Shown here: piece after piece, positions 35,138 through 45,378 of the stretch | Numbering within the stretch: the stretch's first letter is position 1 | Layout of the letters: each line of letters begins with the position of its first letter | Origin: Minutocellus sp. GHC0000111 | Taxonomy: Eukaryota | Direction of reading: 5' to 3' | Assembly: GCA_977018835.1 (NCBI GenBank) | Contig: OZ361256.1 | Coordinates: 496,001 to 560,000 of the forward strand | DNA: 64,000 nucleotides | Position numbers and translations under genes: made by a program | Notes under the pieces: model-generated | Told to the model about the DNA's origin: nothing | The model's database searches: none | What the model saw: only the letters and a program-made list of their open reading frames with translations

Positions 35138-38136
35138 CCTTTCGAGTTCAGAGGATTTGAAAAACACGTGATGATGACGTATTAGAAACACGACCACACC
35201 AGACCAAAAATCCAAGCTCACTTTTTCTAACTCCGAGGAATTAATGACGGCCAAGATGGAAGTCGGGGCAAGAACCAAGTTATGGTCACCAACTTCTACA
35301 TATAGTCGAGAGATATTGTGCACCAGAACCAATAAATGTACATTATGTGATGATTTTTTTCGACATTTGCATTCCTCACCCCGGGAAAAAATACATTTTT
35401 GGAAGCACCAAAAATCAAAATGCAATGAATAGAAATGGACATGCTATGATAAGTTATAGCAAATCAATGACTCCATCGTCTTCATCATTTTCATCTATGT
35501 CGTCCTCAATGTCATCATCTTCGCCGGGAGCATCAATTGGCCAGAGTGGTTCACCATCCTCTTCAGCTTCTTCCTCGGCAATTTTTGCGAGAGAGACCAG
35601 CCTTTCCCCGTCTGGTCTCCACAAGATTGTTACCGCCACGACTTCTCTTGATGTTGTTATATATCACTGGAAGTTTTCCAAATACATTGAGAAAGGCCTC
35701 TTTTGATGCGACATTGGCAAATGCTTTCATCACAGTCTTGTCAAGAGCATTCGCATCATTCTTCTGACCGCGATGCTCCTTTTCGACGGCCGACTGCAAA
35801 GACATCCAGATGCCGAGATCAAGAACATTTGTCTCGGGCGACCGAGGAACCTGCTGGATTATCTCAATCTTATATTTGTTTTTGAGGTCCTCGGTGTGCT
35901 TCTCAACTGCTTCATTGGACCCATGACCGCCGGCATTGTCCATCATAAGTAAGACACACAACATCAGACTCCTGAATATTTTGTGGATCCCACTTCACCC
36001 AATGATGTGCGTCTCGAATCGCCTTCCCGACCTCATTCATAGTCTCCAACATCCATTTGGAGTCGCAGCTACAGTCCTTGGTAACCTTATCGCCCCGTTG
36101 ATGCCGCACCCCGAGCTCAAGGTCGTCGATCTCAACCTTCACCTTCTCTCCATTGCTGTGCTATCAGGAGTGTGTCGCTTGAGACTCGAGATCTTTTGAT
36201 TGTAGCCAACAGCGGCATGCTTGCGACTTTTTGCCTGACCGTCGGATTTATAGTCCTCGTATTGAAGTTCCAATCGACAAGTGCAACTTCAAACTACAAT
36301 GCTGTGTCGGCATGCCACTCGGATGAAGGGTGCGATGGCAACCTTTAAGGAGCTAGCTGACTGCATGAGCGCAAAATCAGCTACTCCAGATGAAGACAGG
36401 CTGACAATTAGTCTCCATCGTCTTCAGCTTTTTCGCTGGTGGAAAAAGCAAGGTGGTAAGGAGAAGTCGTCGATCGAGAAGCCGAGGCTCACCCCCGAAT
36501 GTTGTAGGAAGCGCCTTGATTGGATCGAAAAGTGGGAGGACATTACGACCGATCCCAACATTCCTGTAGCGTGTCTTGATGAAAAGTGGTTTTACACTGC
36601 TACTCGGCGACGAAAGATCAAGATGTTGCCACTTTCTGACGAAGAACTAAGCAGTCCGAACCTCGCGTCTATCCATGCTTCCGAGGCAAGCCCGAAAATT
36701 CGATCCAGAAGACACCCTGTCAAAGTTATGCATCTTGGAGTTGTTGGCCGACCAATGAAGGATGAAACCAAAGACGTTGATTTCAATGGGCGCATCATGA
36801 TCAAGAGAGTCGCCAGGGAGCAGAAGGTGGAAAAGCTTACGCGTAATCAGAATTTCTCTCCAGATGCTAAGGTCAACGATGCGCTAAAAAATGACAAAGA
36901 TTGGCGCGACATTTACGACGAGAATGCTGACATGACCGCCGGCCATCTTTGCGACCACATTGCCGAAATCTACGGCCTTTCTGAGTTTGTTACAGAGCGA
37001 TTGGAACTTCAATACGAGGACTATAAATCCGACGGTCAGGCAAAAAGTCGCAAGCATGCCGCTGTTGGCTACAATCAAAAGATCTCGAGTCTCAAGCGAC
37101 ACACTCCTGATAGCACAGCAATGGAGAGAAGGTGAAGGTTGAGATCGACGACCTTGAGCTCGGGGTGCGGCATCAACGGGGCGATAAGGTTACCAAGGAC
37201 TGTAGCTGCGACTCCAAATGGATGTTGGAGACTATGAATGAGGTCGGGAAGGCGATTCGAGACGCACATCATTGGGTGAAGTGGGATCCACAAAATATTC
37301 AGGAGTCTGATGTTGTGTGTCTTACTTATGATGGACAATGCCGGCGGTCATGGGTCCAATGAAGCAGTTGAGAAGCACACCGAGGACCTCAAAAACAAAT
37401 ATAAGATTGAGATAATCCAGCAGGTTCCTCGGTCGCCCGAGACAAATGTTCTTGATCTCGGCATCTGGATGTCTTTGCAGTCGGCCGTCGAAAAGGAGCA
37501 TCGCGGTCAGAAGAATGATGCGAATGCTCTTGACAAGACTGTGATGAAAGCATTTGCCAATGTCGCATCAAAAGAGGCCTTTCTCAATGTATTTGGAAAA
37601 CTTCCAGTGATATATAACAACATCAAGAGAAGTCGTGGCGGCAACAATCTTGTGGAGACCAGACGGGGAAAGGCTGGTCTCTCTCGCAAAAATTGCCGAG
37701 GAAGAAGCTGAAGAGGATGGTGAACCACTCTGGCCAATTGATGCTCCCGGCGAAGATGATGACATTGAGGACGACATAGATGAAAATGATGAAGACGATG
37801 GAGTCATTGATTTGCTATAACTTATCATAGCATGTCCATTTCTATTCATTGCATTTTGATTTTTGGTGCTTCCAAAAATGTATTTTTTCCCGGGGTGAGG
37901 AATGCAAATGTCGAAAAAAATCATCACATAATGTACATTTATTGGTTCTGGTGCACAATATCTCTCGACTATATGTAGAAGTTGGTGACCATAACTTGGT
38001 TCTTGCCCCGACTTCCATCTTGGCCGTCATTAATTCCTCGGAGTTAGAAAAAGTGAGCTTGGATTTTTGGTCTGGTGTGGTCGTGTTTCTAATACGTCAT
38101 CATCACGTCACTTTCAAATCCTCTGAACTCGAAAGG
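35138..38136. mobile_element. Fold-back derivative of the DD39D element: two 3' ends in inverted orientation
   Basis: 1139-bp inverted arms (35138-36276, 36998-38136), both starting with the TIR CCTTTCG. The spacer is transposase sequence. Flanks are CA on the left and TG on the right. Confidence 0.9.
36301..37820 (+). pseudogene. 5'-truncated, frameshifted DD39D transposase
   Basis: Same DEKWFY, MDNAGGHG and SPETNVLDLG motifs and the same frameshifts as the 18-21 kb copy, plus a 2-bp insertion near 37680. Confidence 0.85.
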
Positions 38137-38687
38137 TGCGCCCACCACCACGCAGAAAAAATGCAAACTACCTGGCCAGAAAGCCGAAGTCAGCTGATTT
38201 CTGAAAAAATCAGCTGATTAAGAGGGCGCTGTCCATAACTTTTAGGAAGCCCCCAAAATGCGTGTTTTGTGCCGTTTTTTCTTCGCACCATCGCCAAAGT
38301 TAGCACTCCAACGTGACAATGGGCTCCTCATCGAAGGCCGCCGCTCTCCACAGTGGCGAAGAGTCATCGACGTTCCTTTCAGCATTAAGTCGGAAATCCC
38401 TCCAGGAACACTTGGTTCAGAGGAACTTCGATGAATCAACTCTCCCTCAGAAACACAACAGTCGACGCACACATCATCGTCGGATCGACCGAAATTAGTC
38501 TCGGCCGACGCATGACCAGCATTGGTGGTGCTGGTGGGAAGACATCTTGAAGTTTTGCTGTTGGGAGGTAAGGGGATATTTGTTTGGGGTATTTTTGCAC
38601 GTCTCCCTCATTTGGGGTTCTTTTTGTAAGGTTCTCATTGAAAAGCGTGTCTTGCGCCAGAACCGACACAAAACAAAAAAAACAACC

Positions 38688-41001
38688 ATGGAAACATCAC
38701 GTGCTAACGCCAAGGAGGCAATCCTCTCACTCTTGCTCTCATTCCCAGACGACGTCAGATGTGCTTGCTACACTGTTGATGAGCTTGTCCGTATCTTGAT
38801 GCGCGGTGGCGCATCGCCGAGCTTAGAGATCTCTCTTGTTCGATCATCTCTTCAACACGTCCCAACACGACACGAGGTCAACATCCAACGACGACGTCCA
38901 GAGAAAATATCAGGCCTTGACGTTGCAAAGCCCTTCTACCGCTTCTCCAGAACAGCCGATAACGCCAGCCCACGCTCTCAACGCAATGACAAGCGATCAC
39001 TGCCGACCACACCTGAAAATTACTTCCAGGACGATGAAAAGCATGGGCCCCATCTCAACGCGATGCTGAAACATTGTTCCGACAAGAACTCTTCGGGCGG
39101 TCGGTCATCTGCTCCCACCGCCAACGCTACCGATCGTCCCAACATCACCGGCGTGCAGCTCAACGGCAAAAGAATTGTGGTTGAGATGAAGCAGCTGTGT
39201 GATTTCGCACAGAGTCTCCACCGATCGTGCGGCAATCTGTGTCTCTCGGCCGAGCCAGTTCGGCGTGGATTCGGCGTTACATTTGAATGGCGATGCGATA
39301 GATGCAACCAACCTTTTTCTTTTTGCACTTGGATCGGCCAGAGGTCAGAAGTTGTGTGCCCCGGCAGAAAGCATTCTAGAAGTCAGGCTGGAATGAACTT
39401 GGAGCTGATGGAGGCAGCGGAAGATGAGGCCATGTGCGCAAGTCGCTTCATGAATTTCTGCACGAAGGCCGACATCGTCCATCCGACCGAAAAGAATGCC
39501 CGACAGGTGGAAAAGAAATGCAGAGCAGCGGCCATTGAAGCAGCTGATGAAATCATTGACGAGAATAGGGCAAAAGCATGTGCCGCTAGCAGCAAGACTG
39601 TTGAGTTTGAACAAGGCGGCGAGATGCACACGGCGGCGGTGGTTGCGGTGGCCCAAGACGGCAGCGCCCTCAAACGCGACTACGGCCATTGCTACACTGG
39701 CTCTGCTGCAGCGGTATTTGCCGTAGACAAGGAAACTGGCCTTGTTGTTGACAAGGGAATCTCTCAGGCAAGCTGCCACTATTGCGTGAGAGCCTGCAAT
39801 GCAAGATTGAGGGAGAGGCGGGAAGCCGGCAATCCAATAACGCCGAGTGAGCTCAAAAACATGAGCAAGGATGAGATGCTGGCCCTGTACGACCATGATG
39901 GCTTCTGCTATCGCAACTCTTCCTACTCCCCCGGTGTGGCAGAGGAGCATCTGGCCGAGAATGTTGGGAGTTGAAAATTTTAATGCCATCCCCCGACCAC
40001 GCATCAATCGGATGAAACAGGACATTTCGAAGATTACTGATCGGTACAAGCACAGCGTTCTCGATCAGCCCGATGGTGCTGTGTCCGAGGAGGAAAAACA
40101 AAGTCGTCTGGCCCTCCTTCAGAAAGAACTCCAGTCCGTCGTTCGTCACCAATGTGGCATTCACACTTTTTGCACCACCAACACGTGTGATTGGATTCGC
40201 CTCAGCATTGCTCATCCTGATTGGAGTGATGGCAAGCTCGATGAGGAATGGAGCTCGGGGAATCAATTCGATGGCGACATATTGGAGATTAGTGACGACA
40301 CGATTCGCAAGATGACGCTTGAAATAACCAAGAGAATCAACAAGAATACTGCCGACTCCAACTGCAAGAAGGAATCTACCACCGGCGTCGAACAGCTCAA
40401 CGGGATGGTGACGAAGTTCACGATGGGGAAAAGGCCGAATTTGACTGCTTCAGACGCCTACCCAAATGCAACAAGTAGAGCCGCTGGCCACAAGTCACTG
40501 GGTACGGAATTCAATGAGCGAGTTCTTGGAAAGTTGGGATCGAGGGATTCTCCTACCCGAAAAGATGGATTCGATGCAATTGACCGGAAGCTCGAGGGCG
40601 ACCTTGCGCGTAAGCGCACCGATGAGTACAAAAAGAGCAAGAGCGACAGCAAGCGCCTTCGAGCAGCCTTGCGAAACAGAAGCGAGAAAGACGACAAGGA
40701 CTATGTGTACAAGAAGAACAGGGCCCTAGCTGCTGGTAAGGCGAAACCAGCAAAGCCTGGCCGCAAGAAGAAGATTGACCAGCAGTGTCAGAAATGCAAG
40801 CAGCTTGGCCACACTCGGGCTGAATGTCAATGCGACGATGCTGACGACGTTGTCGTTTACGCCGGAAAGAAGCGCAGAAGCCCAGGCAGCAACAAGAAAT
40901 CTGCAAGAAATAATGAGAAAGCTAAGACAAACTTCGGTGTATCGGCAAATGATGTTAGCTCTTGGATGCCGGCGATACTGAGAGAAAATGGCAGCTTGTA
41001 A
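38688..41001 (+). pseudogene. DDE transposase of Kolobok copy B, disrupted
   Basis: A 215-bp deletion at ~39967 (copy A 7831-8045) removes HVADGDSKG and shifts the frame. STTGVEQLNG is retained. Confidence 0.85.
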
Positions 41002-41105
41002 ACACGTGTAAAATATTTTATCACTGTAAATAAAAATGGATTTATTGTGTGCTGTTACTCACGTGCTACGCACATTCTTGTTATCTACATGTGTTGAGGT
41101 AATGA

Positions 41106-42335
41106 TTATGCATTTTCCTCTTCTTCTTCCTCTTCATCTTGATGACCAGGGATGAATCCAACATATCGTTCACCTTTATCATTTGGATAAATGAACCTAA
41201 TGCAAAAGACTAGACAGGTTGGCAAGGGCTTCCGATCAAGCCAACCTCTCACATGATACACCTCAGTTGCATAGTACCAATACAGCATGTTCCTCTTCAA
41301 ATTATTTGCCATGGCTTCGACTGGCATGGTGGTTGCGTAGTATTTGTCAGCGATATCCTCCAGGTCCTCCTCCGTCGGCACCAGCATTTCTTCGCAGACG
41401 CATTTCTGAAAGAAGAGTGTGCCGTACATTGAGCAGCTTCGGTTGGCGGCAGTGCAGCAAGCAGGGGGTATTGGCGGCCTCTCTCTGGTCTCGTCCCAAT
41501 TACCGAATGTGTCTGCCTCCGGCGCTGCCGTCGGATCATCGTCGGCTTCCTCACAAACGGCCGCAACAAGAGCATCCGTGTCCGATCTGATCGCTGCTGA
41601 TGGCCAACCATCTACCTGCAGAAGTTGGCCCATTCCAACAATATCAAAATCAACTAGTCCAATCCCAGCAGTAGAGTGTATGTCATCATATGGAGCCACA
41701 TGCCATCGGTGGAACTTTGTCAATTTGATCACATGGCCCTGTTGTAGACTTCGGGCCTTTTCGGTAATTTTCAGGGCAACACGAGCGACGATAAGCTTTC
41801 CGCTTCCATCAAGCAAAGTAAGCGATGTGGTGTTGAAAGGTCGGCCGTGCGCAGCAAGAGCCGATCCAATATCGATCCGTTTCCCATGAAGTTGAAATAT
41901 AGGGAAGAATTCAGGTCCGGCGTCAAACATGGGATCTTGCAATTGATCGACGATGCCGACCGTCAGCCTCAACTTCACATCAGCCACGGACAGGTTGGTA
42001 ACTACGAGGCCGGGCCGCTCAGCAGCGACATCAATATCATCCCGAACATGATACTTATCAGCGCGAGCCTCGACTGCTTTGACAAGATGTTGAAGTGCAT
42101 GGCCGACGCCGGGATTGTTCCATAATTCTCGTCCTTGTCCGTTCGGGTCGTTCTCCAACGTGACGGCGAGGCCCCCCAGTATCTCGGGAACGGCGTCTTT
42201 CGCTTTGTCCTCCGCCTTCTCTTTCTTCTTGTCAACAGGCAAAATCGGGCGACCGGAGTTATCTGTCTTGAGTTTCCGCAACCGCGTATCTGCGTTGTGG
42301 GCCGGGCCGGCACTATTATCAGCGCTGCGCTTCAT
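41106..42335 (-). CDS. Kolobok accessory protein (OB fold + KolX-like), copy B
   Basis: Intact 409-aa ORF with 6 amino-acid differences from copy A. Confidence 0.75.
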   Translation of the reverse strand: MKRSADNSAGPAHNADTRLRKLKTDNSGRPILPVDKKKEKAEDKAKDAVPEILGGLAVTLENDPNGQGRELWNNPGVGHALQHLVKAVEARADKYHVRDDIDVAAERPGLVVTNLSVADVKLRLTVGIVDQLQDPMFDAGPEFFPIFQLHGKRIDIGSALAAHGRPFNTTSLTLLDGSGKLIVARVALKITEKARSLQQGHVIKLTKFHRWHVAPYDDIHSTAGIGLVDFDIVGMGQLLQVDGWPSAAIRSDTDALVAAVCEEADDDPTAAPEADTFGNWDETRERPPIPPACCTAANRSCSMYGTLFFQKCVCEEMLVPTEEDLEDIADKYYATTMPVEAMANNLKRNMLYWYYATEVYHVRGWLDRKPLPTCLVFCIRFIYPNDKGERYVGFIPGHQDEEEEEEENA

Positions 42336-42638
42336 CGTAATGAAGAGGGGGCAGAGCGGCGATTCTCATGGTGGGGTCGAGTTTTTGTCATGCTTCGCTC
42401 GTCATAAGAAATAAGAATAAGGGGGATTAAAAACGGGGAAAATTATGGACAGCGCCCTCTTAATCAGCCGACCGACAACGCGGGCGAAGCAAGCGAAACG
42501 GTACTAGTACCCATGACCCAAGAATCGGCTGATTGAAATCGACACCGTCACTCCCGCGTCTGCAACCCGCACGCGTACGCGCGAGCTCCAAAAAAGCAAA
42601 AAGAGCACAACACAATAGTCGCTACTTGTAGGCACCCG

Positions 42639-43616
42639 ATGTCCTCTTCTCCTCGTCGATCCGCGCCTGTTGGTCGCGTCGACAACCGCAACGTGCGTCA
42701 GCACGCCCGTCCCATTCGCGCCAACATCCTTCGTGACACGGACGCCGTCGTAAAGTGTCTCGAGCGAGCCGTCCCGGACGTCGAGTTCTCTTTGAGCGGG
42801 AGCAAGAAGAAGAAAAATAATACCTTTGACTTCGATGCAATGGTAAAGGACGTCAACAACCTTCGCGACCGGCACGGAACGTCCAAGATGGAAGACTATC
42901 GGGAGGATGCGCTGAAGCGCATCCCGAAACACCTCCTCCGTGATCCGTCCGATTCAGGTGGTGGCACCAACGAGGGCCCAGTACTGGGCTGGTTCGCATT
43001 CTTTGACCCGAGCAATCCGGTCCGGCTCATCTACGCCAAGACCGCAGCGCAAGCTGAGGAGCTCCGCCAAAAGAACTACCATGAATTCACTGAGGGGCTG
43101 TGCTACAATGACCCCTCTGCATCTTTCCCTCCGGCGGGGGACCTTCCTGCGGCCGCGGCCGCTACTGCCGGCACTGCAGCGCCAGTGGCGGAGGATCCGG
43201 AACCGCCGCCTCTGCATGAGCAGGAACCACCGGCAGCTCTGTGGCAGCCCAATGGATATGTTCCAAAAATTAGAAAAGAGGGTGACGGAAGCAACAGAGC
43301 AAAATATATTGAGTATTTTGAGGAAAAGGTTGTCTGTGAGGAAACGGAGCAGGTGTACTCTCCTATGAGACGCTGGGACAAAAGCAAGTTTTCGAAGGAC
43401 TCTACTTTCAATTCTCGGCTTCTGCAGTACTATGTGGCCAAAAATGATCTTCGTATCCCCGGTGGCAAAGACAGTCTTGACAATATTAAAAAAGTAGGCA
43501 GGGCACATGCAAAGGATAAATATGGTGGTGAGGAAAAGTTTACTCGAGGCGGCCAACTGTCGTATTTTGAAATATGCCTCTCCCTTTACGAAGACGGTCT
43601 ATCGGCAGACGCATAG
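42639..43616 (+). CDS. Intronless hypothetical protein convergent with the tyrosine recombinase gene
   Basis: Intact 325-aa ATG-initiated ORF with globular-looking N- and C-terminal parts separated by an A/P-rich linker. No family recognised. Confidence 0.65.
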   Translation: MSSSPRRSAPVGRVDNRNVRQHARPIRANILRDTDAVVKCLERAVPDVEFSLSGSKKKKNNTFDFDAMVKDVNNLRDRHGTSKMEDYREDALKRIPKHLLRDPSDSGGGTNEGPVLGWFAFFDPSNPVRLIYAKTAAQAEELRQKNYHEFTEGLCYNDPSASFPPAGDLPAAAAATAGTAAPVAEDPEPPPLHEQEPPAALWQPNGYVPKIRKEGDGSNRAKYIEYFEEKVVCEETEQVYSPMRRWDKSKFSKDSTFNSRLLQYYVAKNDLRIPGGKDSLDNIKKVGRAHAKDKYGGEEKFTRGGQLSYFEICLSLYEDGLSADA

Positions 43617-43758
43617 ATCCAAAATAAATAATAATAACAAATTATGTATGTATGTGCTAGCGGCATTCTTTGCTACAAATATATTGTACATGTACAATGC
43701 ATAAGTCTAGATCTAAAAAATATAAGTAGATCTACTTATGTATTTTTACTAAGCAGAT

Positions 43759-44649
43759 CTACGCCGGCCCTCCCCTCCCCTCCTGCCAAGCCTTGGTCGC
43801 CTCCGTCTTGAACACCCAAAACTTCAGGACCGGGTCCTTGCCATCCTCGTCCAACTCAATATCATCTTCTCCCTCTCCTAGATAAGTTTTGAGCTGGTTC
43901 CAATCCTTCCACCGGCCCACCTCGAGCAGAATCCTGTCGCTAGCTCCACACCTACGGGCCCATCGAGCGGCAGAACGTCGAATGGAATGGCTGGATATGT
44001 ACAGAAATCGATCATCATTGTATGCATTGGCAACCCACTTGAACACCTTCTTCAGAATCTTTTGATACTTACTAGAATTCATCGTCCAAATTGGCTTTGT
44101 TGGGTCGTACCTTCGGGACTTCTTCAACACAGCAATGTGATGCATCGTCCAGAACACAACGTCGTACCAAGCGTCGATCTGGTTTGAATACATCTTCAAT
44201 GGATATTTGGTCCTCGCGGACCGCCCCTTCCAGCCAGTCCAAGAAATCTTCACACTCGACGGTAAAGAGTCACTCAAGTAGTCATTGGCGCTCTTCGGAA
44301 ATTCAACATCCTCCAAGAGAGGGCAGTAGTCGCCGGTAACGTCTGATGCTCTGCCAAGAGAGTTCATGTCGACTAGAAGCATGTGCCACAACTCTCTCCT
44401 TTCGTCGTCCGACAGCCCAGGCATCGAAAATACTCCATCCCTAATCTTTGGCGGGGGCCTGATCGTGAAGTCCTGGATTTTTCTTCCACTCATCCTCCCA
44501 TCCTCCCAGCAATTCGGCCATTGGGGCTCGTGGAATGTACCCAAGTCCAAATTGCCAGTAGGTTGCCACCGACCAGTAGTATCCATCCACTGAATTCGCA
44601 GGTCCAGTAGATTCTGGCAGGAACACATATGTTTTTTGGTCCCCCGCAC
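43759..44649 (-). CDS. Tyrosine recombinase (Crypton/DIRS-like catalytic domain), probably 5'-truncated
   Basis: Catalytic set in order: GRASD (R), WKGR (K), SHSIRRSAA (HxxR), GRWK (W) and KTY (Y). The first ~30 codons overlap a mariner-derived fragment. Confidence 0.8.
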   Translation of the reverse strand: MRGTKKHMCSCQNLLDLRIQWMDTTGRWQPTGNLDLGTFHEPQWPNCWEDGRMSGRKIQDFTIRPPPKIRDGVFSMPGLSDDERRELWHMLLVDMNSLGRASDVTGDYCPLLEDVEFPKSANDYLSDSLPSSVKISWTGWKGRSARTKYPLKMYSNQIDAWYDVVFWTMHHIAVLKKSRRYDPTKPIWTMNSSKYQKILKKVFKWVANAYNDDRFLYISSHSIRRSAARWARRCGASDRILLEVGRWKDWNQLKTYLGEGEDDIELDEDGKDPVLKFWVFKTEATKAWQEGRGGPA

Positions 44650-45011
44650 ACCCCCTCACCGCAACACCCGCAAATTTTGTGACGATGACGACGACCAACC
44701 AGACCACGCCCAAAAAATACAAACGCAGCAGAACTTCGTTCTCAGGGAGCAAGAGAGGCAACACCAAGGCATCCAGGAAGGCGGCAGCTGAGCCGAAAAC
44801 ACCATCGCCGAGCGCAAACACGTCGAAGAAGCGGCCACGGTCAAAAATTCGCCCGCCAAACCGTCACCGTCGTCGGCGAAGAAGAGGACGGCCCCTCCTC
44901 CTATCCCCATGGCCTTTCTCCTTGCAGCAGATGTCATTCGAAGGGCTGCTGGTAAGGATCTGTGGTGGAGAGTAACCCCCGATTCCTGCGGCAAAGATGA
45001 CATTTGTGTTG
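44556..45011 (+). mobile_element. Internal fragment homologous to the 5' part of the DD39D element
   Basis: Inverted match to 21143-21607 with several small indels. It includes the MTTTNQTTPKK start of the transposase and no TIR. Confidence 0.85.
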
Positions 45012-45378
45012 TATGTGTGGCTCAAAAAGTGGAGCAGGCACTGCTACTCGGAGGAACCAAACCCCTGTCAACATCCATCTGTCCAACCAAACAAATCCCG
45101 ATTCCAAGATTGAAAAGCGAGAATGACATTTGCAAAGTATGGCTTGCGACACATCGGCATGATCGGCCAGACGAGACACGTCGATTGCCAGTATGTTCAA
45201 AACGCGATCAGCCGAAAATCAGCCGTTTCCGGGTACCTTTTGGCATTCTAGCTCAGCTAGTTTTTCTTTTGCGTTGTCAAAAAAAAAACATGCACACGCC
45301 TGATCGATCAGACAATAATCGAATCAATCTTCATCAATCCAAAATCCAAACCGAATCATCGAGCGAATCTTGACTGCG

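Larger units (their letters stand above)
38222..42459 (+). mobile_element. Kolobok-type DNA transposon, copy B (4238 bp)
   Basis: Same 17-bp TIRs (38222-38238, 42443-42459). TTAA at 38218-38221 and 42460-42463. Confidence 0.9.

Noticed and set aside
43759..44649. Bacterial or phage integrase contamination
   Set aside because: Embedded among intron-containing genes and eukaryotic transposons, with no operon or phage context.
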